A DNA stretch of 63,697 nucleotides, the filler included, from Octopus bimaculoides (Eukaryota): NCBI RefSeq assembly GCF_001194135.2. It is 4 parts of 4 records of this genome, joined end to end, with 100 filler letters (N's around TTAATTAATTAA, not from the genome) between each part and the next. Parts side by side here need not be neighbours in the genome. Positions count along the whole stretch, not along the records: positions 43,277 to 57,503 come from NC_069004.1; positions 57,604 to 63,697 come from NC_068993.1; 2 more parts are not named here. The stretch is one strand, 5' to 3'. The notes under the pieces are model-generated. The model did no database searches and was not told where the DNA came from. It worked only from the letters and a program-made list of their open reading frames with translations. A program made the position numbers and the translations under genes. Shown here piece by piece: positions 54,733-63,697 of the stretch (position 1 is its first letter; the number at the start of each line of letters is the position of its first letter).

Positions 54733-56329
54733 TATTGCTGTCGACAGGTTATATTTTAAGAATTAAAGAATCAGTAAATTTTTTGGTTATTATGTCAAGT
54801 CAAAATGTAGCTAGTAAAAAGTTAATGGACTACTATTATTAATATTATTTATTGTTATATGGATAATAAAAGTTATGTTTAATTAGGAAGGTGGACTTAA
54901 TAGTAAGTTTAATAATTAGTATGTATTGCTGATACTAAGTAAACAGAGAGCGTTGGAGATGATATGTTTAGGGAAGTACTGCTGATCAAACGGGTGACAG
55001 TGGAATGAAAGATACAGTTCTGGGGGAGGGGTGACAATGGAACGGAGTGAAATCTGATGAAAATGACCAGACGTTGAAAGCTAATATTTTGGCTACCTTA
55101 TTAATTCTCTGAACCCTAGCGTTCGATTCCCCAGAGATTAGGCGAACAGAAAGGGGGCTTGTGAGCCACAAAGATGACGACAGAGCGATAACATTAAGGG
55201 CTGGACGGGGAGGACCCTGTCGGTTGCGTTGCGAGACCACAGAGAGTGGCGGAGGGATGGCTGTGTTTGAGATCCTCAACCATTAGTCATGAAGATGTGA
55301 ATGTTTATCGTAAGAGTTTAAATAAATGCGAGTTCTAATGTTGCCAAAGTTTTAATAAGCTTATAAACAAGCATCTAGAGATTGAAGATGACAGAAAATG
55401 TTGACTAATAGTTAGTAGCGTTAAGATGTGAGTCCAAACCACTGCAAACATAAACATTTTCAGTACTAATACTCAAATGTCACTGTAATTTCAACAATTC
55501 TTATATCTATCCTCAACGGTGTTTTTCTAAAACATTATTTTATCGAGATTAGATTACCCCTGCTTTCAATAATGAAACAAAAAGCCATTAAAGAAATTCG
55601 CTCATCATAGATATACATCGTCACAAAACCACTCTAACACATTTATTGTTCACATATACTTGAAGTTCAAAAGATGACACTAACAATGACGAGATCAGTT
55701 TGTCTATTACAAAACACAACTACTAACATATTAATGATTTCAGAAGGTTCTATTGTTAGCTCATGGACAAATAAAATTCCAGCCATAACCTTTTTGCAGT
55801 TTGAAAAAGATATCAGAATGATCAATTTTAGCAGACATTTCAATCGCGATTTATCGCGAGATTTCAGACTATCAACTGCTTAAAGTATTATATTTTCTAA
55901 TACAATGCATATGCAGTATTGTAGAACGTCCGTAGGTAACTAAAAAGAATTCATTTATTTATCAAAGCAAAAACTTCAGCAACAAGAACTGCTCTTTCTG
56001 TTTACGAGATTTTGTTACGTGATTTCGTATAGGAATAGATGAAGATATCCAGTGTTTTACATCTGGCAGTGAATAGACAAACGAACGACCGATTTTCTGC
56101 CGTTTGTACTGTTGGCTGTTATATATTTCGATGTGTTTACGAAAATTTTTGTGTTGTGTAGTTGGTGCTCTATCAATTCTACAAACAAGCCGTTCTTTTG
56201 TCTGGTGTCCAACCATTTCTTCTAATCTACCGCCATTTTGTCCGGTGTTCTATTGAATGTACCAGTTCAGCGCAAGACTCAGCAGATAATATATATATAT
56301 ATTTTCTTTGATGTATATATCTTTTCTTT

Positions 56330-56580
56330 AAGCTTTTACTTGTTTCACTTATTGAACTATGGCCTTGGTGGGGCACTGCCTCGAGGGGGTTAGTCAAAAG
56401 GATTGATCCCAGGACTTTAAAAAAAATCCTGGCACTTACTCTATACGTCTCTTTTGCCAAAACACTAACTTGCGGGGACGTAAACAAATCAACACCGGTT
56501 GTCAAGCGGTGGTGGAAGACAAACACAAAGAGAATCACACACACGCGTGCGCACACACACACGCGTGCGCACACACACTC
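56330..56580 (-). mobile_element. SINE family B, 3' half
   Basis: CTTGTTTCACTTATTGAACTATGGCC...GACGTAAACAAATCAACACCGGTTGTCAAGCGGTGGTGG followed by CA/CG repeats; a similar piece lies at 53660-53850. Confidence 0.8.
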
Positions 56581-56639
56581 ATATATAAGTATAAGGGTGA
56601 GAAAAACTAGGTATAGAGTTGCTTAATATGAGAGGAATG

Positions 56640-57155
56640 TTCTTTTCATTTCTCTGTTTCTTTTCTTAAACTTGTGAGATTTATAAGTCAACTAGGGGAT
56701 CAGCGAAAGATACCTAATTCATTGGAAGCCCTTTTTTTTTTTATTTCTGGAGACTTTGAGTGATTGCTCGAGCCACAACGTTACATTTTCTTCAGTGATA
56801 ACACTGCCTGGTCAACTGTTCCTCTATGCATTGCAGAGGGACACAGTCTGCTCAAATTTTTCTTGTATTCTATAAACTGTTAATCTTGACAAAGCTAGTA
56901 TTTGAAATTCTTCAATGCATTTCTGTCTAACCATTTTGTTTTCTTCTACTGCTTGGTAATCCACTTTCATTCCTCATTGGTCAAATTTCCAACCACGGAA
57001 TAAATATCTGAAATTAGGAATAATCATTTTATAATAGAAAGAATTAAATAAAAAGGTCATAGAATCATAGAATTCTTACGATCAAATAGAAATAGAGATA
57101 TGAAAAGAGCATTCCACTCACATTAAGCAACCGTGCACATACTTTTGCCCACTAC
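56640..57155 (-). mobile_element. Tc1/mariner 5' fragment (DUF4817-like HTH)
   Basis: TIR-like AGTAGTGGGCAAAAGTATGTGCACGG; translation ...VRQKCIEEFQILALSRLTVYRIQEKFEQTVSL...VITEENV. Confidence 0.6.
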
Positions 57156-57251
57156 TATATATATGACGGGCTTCTTTCAGTTTCCGTCTTCCAAATCCAC
57201 TCACAAAACTCTGATTGGCCTGAGGCTATATATATATATATATATATATAT

Positions 57252-57503
57252 AGTGTAGTATATTGCCACTTAAGTGTGGCTGACCCCTAGGGGTGGATGT
57301 TACTGTTGCTTTTAGCCCCAGGAGGACATCTCCTCCAGCTGGCTTATCGACACACGACTGTGTCCTGTTTGCCAAGGGAGTTATCCCTCTCACCACGACC
57401 AGCAGCACGAACGTATCCGGATTTCAGGGTTATTTCCCTTCTTCGGCGTTCGACAGCTGATGACCTTGGTGAGAGAGAAAAACCTGGCAAAATCTTATAT
57501 CTT
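57252..57503 (-). mobile_element. Young structured repeat, copy 2, containing a hammerhead motif (Penelope pLTR-like or retrozyme-like)
   Basis: Near-identical to 6832-6991, carries a series of hairpins and the hammerhead fold at 57408-57452; truncated by a scaffold join. Class assignment is inference. Confidence 0.75.
57408..57452 (-). ncRNA. Minimal type I hammerhead ribozyme motif (U4C core variant)
   Basis: Minus strand reads CGAACG-CCGAAGA-AGGG(AAATAA)CCCT-GAAA-TCCGGA-TA-CGTTCG: 6-bp stem I, 4-bp stem II, palindromic stem III ATCCGGAT, AUA cleavage triplet; core CCGAAGA instead of CUGANGA. Confidence 0.7.
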
Positions 57504-57675
57504 NNNNNNNNNNNNNNNNNNNNNNNNNNNNNNNNNNNNNNNNNNNNTTAATTAATTAANNNNNNNNNNNNNNNNNNNNNNNNNNNNNNNNNNNNNNNNN
57601 NNNCACCACCACCACCATCGCCACCACCACCACCACCATCGCCAGCATCAATACTACCACAGCCACCACGACCAA

Positions 57676-57728
<53 letters not shown>

Positions 57729-58042
57729 AATAACAATGATGTCGACGACCGCTACCGGCGCCGTCGCCGCCACCCTCAAAACCACCCCCACCACTACCAC
57801 CACTACCACCACTACCACTACCACCACTACCAATACCACGCTATGGTCCCATCAACAACAATACAAACATTGACTGACACTAACTTCACCGCCACCTCCA
57901 ACACCATCTGCAACTTACTACTACCATTACACCACCACACCAACACCAAGATCAACACCATTAAAATTACCACCACTACTACCACCACTCGCTGCGGGAC
58001 CTAAAAACATGAGATATAATTAGTCATCATACTTAATTACAT

Positions 58043-58074
<32 letters not shown>

Positions 58075-58140
58075 CGCTCGCACACTCACACACACACACA
58101 AGACAAAAATACTTGGTGTTATATTCACACAATTTTGGTG

Positions 58141-58365
58141 ACACCTCCACAACATCTATAGACCTCCATAACATGCACAATACCTTTACAATATTCAAAG
58201 TACCTCTACAACATATATAGGCCCCTCATAACAGTCACAGTACCTCTAGAAAATATATAGGCCCTCATAACAGTCACAGTACCTCTGTAACTCATATAGA
58301 CCTCCATCCCATACACGGTACCTCTACAACATATATAGAGCTCCATGGAAGTCATAGTAACTTTA
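58141..58365. repeat. Degenerate ~39-bp minisatellite (dimeric 19-20 bp subunits)
   Basis: Recurring TACCTCTACAACATATATAGRCCYCATAACAGTCACAG variants. Confidence 0.7.
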
Positions 58366-58464
58366 CAATGTTCACAACATCCACAGAAGTCATTGTAAAG
58401 GAAGCAAAATGGCGTACAAATCTACTTAAAGCAACCACAGCTTCTACATTTGCTCAACAGCAAA

Positions 58465-58818
58465 TGATATATGGTATATCTATCCTTGTATGATATATGG
58501 TATATCTATCCTTGTACTTATGATATAAGGTATGTCTATCCTTGTACTTATGATATAAGGTATATCTATCCTTGTACTTATGATATAAGGTATATCTATC
58601 CTTGTACTTATGATATAAGGTATATCTATCCTTGTACTTATGATATAAGGTATATCTATCCTTGTACTTATGATATAAGGTATATCTATCCTTGTACTTA
58701 TGATATAAGGTATATCTATCCTTGTACTTATGATATAAGGTATATCTATCCTTGTACTTATGATATAAGGTATATCTATTCTTGTACTTATGATATAAGG
58801 TATATCTATCCTTGTACT
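58465..58818. repeat. Homogeneous 30-bp minisatellite x~12
   Basis: CTTGTACTTATGATATAAGGTATATCTATC repeated almost without variants. Confidence 0.98.
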
Positions 58819-59573
58819 TTGCTCGTCCTGTTTCGGCCCCAATCACTCCTCAACAAATCACAATAAACTACAAAGATCGAAAAACAACGCCCTTCGAGTC
58901 ATTAGAAGTTGCACACAGACCTCACTCACGGACTATGAAATATACAGTGGGTTTTGATTTAAACACAAGACCAGCAGTTTTGAAAGGACAGGAGAGGGTT
59001 AGACGATAATATCGATCCCATAACTTGATCGGAACTTTATTTTATGAACCTCGGAGGGATGAAAGTAAGGTTGACTTCGGCAGGATTTGAACGTACATAT
59101 GAAATATACAATGAAAACGAACGTAAACCAATTGCATATGAGAAGAGCCCAGTTTGTTCCGGTAGCAAGCTGCAATTCACATTCTGCTCTACGACAACAT
59201 GAATAAATCAATTCCAAGCACATAGAGACATAGCCAATACCTCAGAATACTACTAGATTGTTTCTAAAATCCTCTTTCCTTCACTCAGCGCGGATACGCA
59301 TAAGGAACGTGTACACATAAATAGCTGCGACGGTAGTGGTATTGCTATACTCTAATTTCCTAGGGTAATGCACACCATTAGCAAAAAAATAGAGGGAAAG
59401 CAACTGTCAGCGCTCTGATCGAGACTACTTTTACACGCTTCCGCTGTGCCAACCACAAAAATCTAGGGACGAACAAAAATAGACACTGAACAGAATATAA
59501 TATGGCGAGATTGTTATACTGCACCCAATGTGATTCATAATTGCATTTAGGAGTGTGCAGTATTTGTAGGACG

Positions 59574-59604
<31 letters not shown>

Positions 59605-61209
59605 ATCTCTATACAAAATAAGCTCAAGGAAGTCTTATTGACCAGCTTTAGATAAAATGGTTAGGGAAAAGGGTGGAGTGGTAACAATGCCACAAAATAG
59701 CTTTGCATACATGTATAGTTAAGACAGCGAATAAAAGTTGGTAATAAAATATAGAAACACGACAATAAGACGCTAATAAAAAGAAGCGAGATTGTTATAA
59801 AAAACTAATAAAATATTAAAATGAACGAAATAGTATCGAGCTGGGTACTTGTTAATGCTTAGTATTTAAATAGACGAGGATCAGTCATATTTGCCCCCCC
59901 CCCCCAAAAAAAAAACAATGTCGAGAGAGTCTGTCCCACAATTCAGTTGTTTTGAAGGGAGAAAAACACAGAGAATTTGTGGATGGAACATGCGAAGTAT
60001 ATGTGAGATATTCGGGAAGCATTAATGCGATTCGCTAAATTTGGCAGAGTTCGGATAGGAAATTTCCGGAGTGATGGGACCAAGGAATGGAAGCTCACCC
60101 GAACAGTTTCCGTGGAAGTAACAGAAAGAAAAAAGCCAGACGAATAATGTCCCATCGATGACTGAACAATTGCAGTGACGAAAAGAACTCATCATTTATG
60201 CAATTATGCATTCAATTTTGCGGGCCACCAAGTGTGGACAGTACATATTTGGAGATTCAAACCAAATGTGTGAGCAGTTTTGAACGGATATGGCTCTTGT
60301 AGATAATACAATAGAACTTCAAATACGAGGAGCTTTTGTAAGGAATAAGACAAGCCCACAATTCAAGCCACCGCTCTGTCAAAATTCGTAATGCTGGAAA
60401 GATGATGTGAATCAAAGACCATTGAGCCTATCCAAATAGATTTCTTCAAAATAGCACTCTCCATCGAAATTAGAAATATGTGGAATATTAGGATGGGAGC
60501 AGATATATACTAAATTGGCCTTGGAAACATCAAATATAACAAGAGATTCGTTTTCTGATGGCACGAAGGCCAGTAGGCCATTGAGAAAAATCTGCAACAA
60601 AGTTCAATGGGTGGCGTCTTTTAGAGGGGAAATCTTGAAAGTTGGCGCCATCAGAAGAAATGTCAATAAAAGCTCTTATTATTTTGCTAGATAAAGTTGG
60701 GCAGTTTTTTCCGGTTGAGAGGAGTATACCTGCGTTACTTCAAAACTAGCGCAGGCATGAAGCTAAAGAAATAACAATCATCTAAATATTTAGTGCAGAA
60801 TTAAGTAAATCTAAATTTAAACCAGGTTTGGAATTATAAACATGCGGTCATTTAATAAAACACATGCAAGCACGCACACGCACAAACACGCAAAGATATA
60901 TGCACAAACATGTTTATTATATCAAAAGTTGACAAGCCACTCGGGGTTTCGCCCCGAGCTCAGCTGTTCACGACTGTGATATTTATGGGTTGACTCTCTA
61001 GGTCTAGAGGCGAAATTTGAAGCCATAATTAACCCGNNNNNNNNNNNNNNNNNNNNNNNNNNNNNNNNNNNNNNNNNNNNNNNNNNNNNNNNNNNNNNNN
61101 NNNNNNNNNNNNNNNNNNNNNNNNNNNNNNNNNNNNNNNNNNNNNNNNNNNNNNNNNNNNNNNNNNNNNNNNNNNNNNNNNNNNNNNNNNNNNNNNNNNN
61201 NNNNNNNNN

Positions 61210-61245
<36 letters not shown>

Positions 61246-61904
61246 GTACACACACACACACGCACATATATATATGATTAATCACTAATATGCATCTAAA
61301 CATATACGTGCACGTTACTAATGAATCACACACACTTCAGTTGATACCGAAACACTTCAGTCAATATTAACACATTTTTTTCTCAACACTTTCGAAGGCC
61401 AAAGGTGAGAAAATGTTTCCCAAAATAGAAATCATTCTTTTGATATTTGATAAAGACGAGCCGAATATAGATATGAAACGTGTGTGTGTATGTTGCTATA
61501 CATATGTTAATAGGTAAGTGCGTTGCACGTGTGTGCACATGCATATATGTGTAGATGTGTAGATGTGCAGGGAAATACAGGTAACGACGTACGTAGATGA
61601 TATACATATATATATGTGTGTGTGTGTGTGGCGGGGGCGGGCTGGTTTGGTGGTGGTAGTGGAAGGGTCGGTGGGGCCGCTGGTGGTGAGTAGTTATTTT
61701 TCTTTGGGGTGGTGGTAGTGTTGTGTGTGTGTAGGGGTGGAATGGAGAATTTGAACTTGACGTGTAAACATAAGGATTCGATGTATCGGTGATGATGTGC
61801 TCTGCTGCGTAACTGTGCTGCTGGTGCTACTTCTACTGCAACTACTACTACCAGCACCGCTGCCACCACCACCACCACCACCACCGCCGCCACCGGCATC
61901 TGAC

Positions 61905-62278
61905 TGCGGCCATGCTGAAGCATCGCCTTTAGCCGAGCAAATCGACCCCAGGACTTATTTTTTGGAAGCCTAGTACTTATTCTATCGGTCTTTTTTGCCG
62001 AACCGCTAAGTTACGGAGACGTAAACACACCACCACCGGTTGTCAAGCGATGTTGGGGGGACAAACACAGACACACAAACATATACACACACATATATAT
62101 ATACATATATATACATATATACGACGGGCTTCTTTCAGTTTCCGTCTACCAAATCCACTCACAAAGCTTTGGTCGGCCCGAGGCTATAGTAGAAGACACT
62201 TGTCCAAGGTGCCACGCAGTGTGAATGAACCCGGAACCATGTGGTTGGTAAGCAAGCTACATACCACACAGCCACTCC
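61905..62278 (-). mobile_element. SINE family B, full-length
   Basis: Reverse complement of 20541-20945, including the internal microsatellite at about 62075-62120. Confidence 0.92.
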
Positions 62279-62362
62279 AGCAATATCTGTAGTCTTCGTT
62301 GGTCACGCAGGAGTATTCAGTCGCAAAATTTACTGTCGGTTGTGTCTGATGAGGCCCTATGG

Positions 62363-62509
62363 TAGTGGTTCCCAATCTTTTCACTACCAAGGGCCCTTTT
62401 TATGTAAATGAGTTTTCCCACGGACCCCAGGATATTGAAAGGTCTGTCAGCTTAACATGTTCACGGATCCTCAGTACAACCTTTGCGGACCACAGGTGGG
62501 GAACCACTG
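62363..62509. mobile_element. hAT-type MITE, 147 bp, 8-bp TSD
   Basis: TIRs TAGTGGTTCCCAA / GGGGAACCACTG; TSD CCCTATGG (62355-62362) / CCCTATGT (62510-62517). Confidence 0.85.
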
Positions 62510-63239
62510 CCCTATGTAGAAGGTGCCTGAGCACTCTACCTCGACAACCCTCCCAGGAAAATAAGGGGTTGCGAAAATAAACGAATGGATGACTGTAACA
62601 AAGACTTCTTTATTTAAAGTCCTAAAAGTTTTAAGATGGTGGAATGTCTTTTGGGGTATATTTACTGCTATTTCTATCAGATCGAGTGGCTGCGTAGGGA
62701 TGACTCATTTATTGATTAGTTAGTGATGGTGGCGGTGTTGTTGTTGGTGGTGATTTGTGTTGCGATGTAGATGGCGTGTGTGTAGACGAATGCATGGGTG
62801 TGTGTGGGTGTGGGTGTATCGGTGTATGATAATAGTGTCTGTTACCTTTACTGCTGTAATAACGTGACCCCTATCTATTGATGATAACGAAGGACCGAAA
62901 AAACAGTAAACAAGATATAGATTGCCGTCAATACCCTTATTATTTTGATTACGATGATAATGATGATGATGATGATGATGATGATGATAACCATCATCAT
63001 CATCATCATCATCATCGTCGTCGTCGTCATCGTTCTTCTTCTTCTTTCAATTCTGTTTCCATTTCTTGCCGAGTGTCTTCCCGACATCTAGGGCAAAGAA
63101 ACTCGCTGTATACATTGGTGGGCCATTAAAATAAACAGCCCAGATTATTCACTTACAATCCATTACATAGAGACAAAACCACCAAAGCTAATAAACCAGA
63201 TATTGTTAAAACACGCAAATAATTTTGGTCTTTTCGATC

Positions 63240-63697
<458 letters not shown>

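Noticed and set aside
57457-57490. Second, plus-strand hammerhead (CTGATGA...GAAA)
   Set aside because: Stem II pairs poorly and no complementary stem I or stem III with an NUH triplet could be formed.
59960-60600. Possible Tx1 ORF1 relic (plus strand) and 62-aa minus-strand ORF
   Set aside because: Only vague motif resemblance in broken frames; cannot be supported without a profile search.

Overview
AT-rich, microsatellite-dense eukaryotic (metazoan) genomic DNA with many assembly gaps. The repeat families and composition point to an octopus/coleoid cephalopod, which is an inference from recognising the repeats. No intact protein-coding gene is supportable; nearly all ORF-track entries are gap or microsatellite artefacts. 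The window holds one intact tRNA-Arg(TCG) gene, about 25-30 copies of two tRNA-type SINE families, and decayed LINEs (RLE/R4-Dong-like, RTE, Tx1/L1, Penelope-like). It also holds several Tc1/mariner relics, MITE-like inverted-repeat elements, a hAT MITE and minisatellites. Three 100-bp gaps carry an artificial TTAATTAATTAA linker, so adjacency across 31.1, 43.2 and 57.5 kb is not assured. Best leads: (1) a minimal type-I hammerhead ribozyme fold with a U4C core variant and palindromic stem III (57408-57452, minus strand) in a young, highly structured repeat present twice; (2) a SINE subfamily whose 3' tail matches the 3' end of a Tx1-type LINE in this window and which sits repeatedly at the same position in the heads of sibling SINEs, suggesting a target-specific Tx1/SINE partnership.
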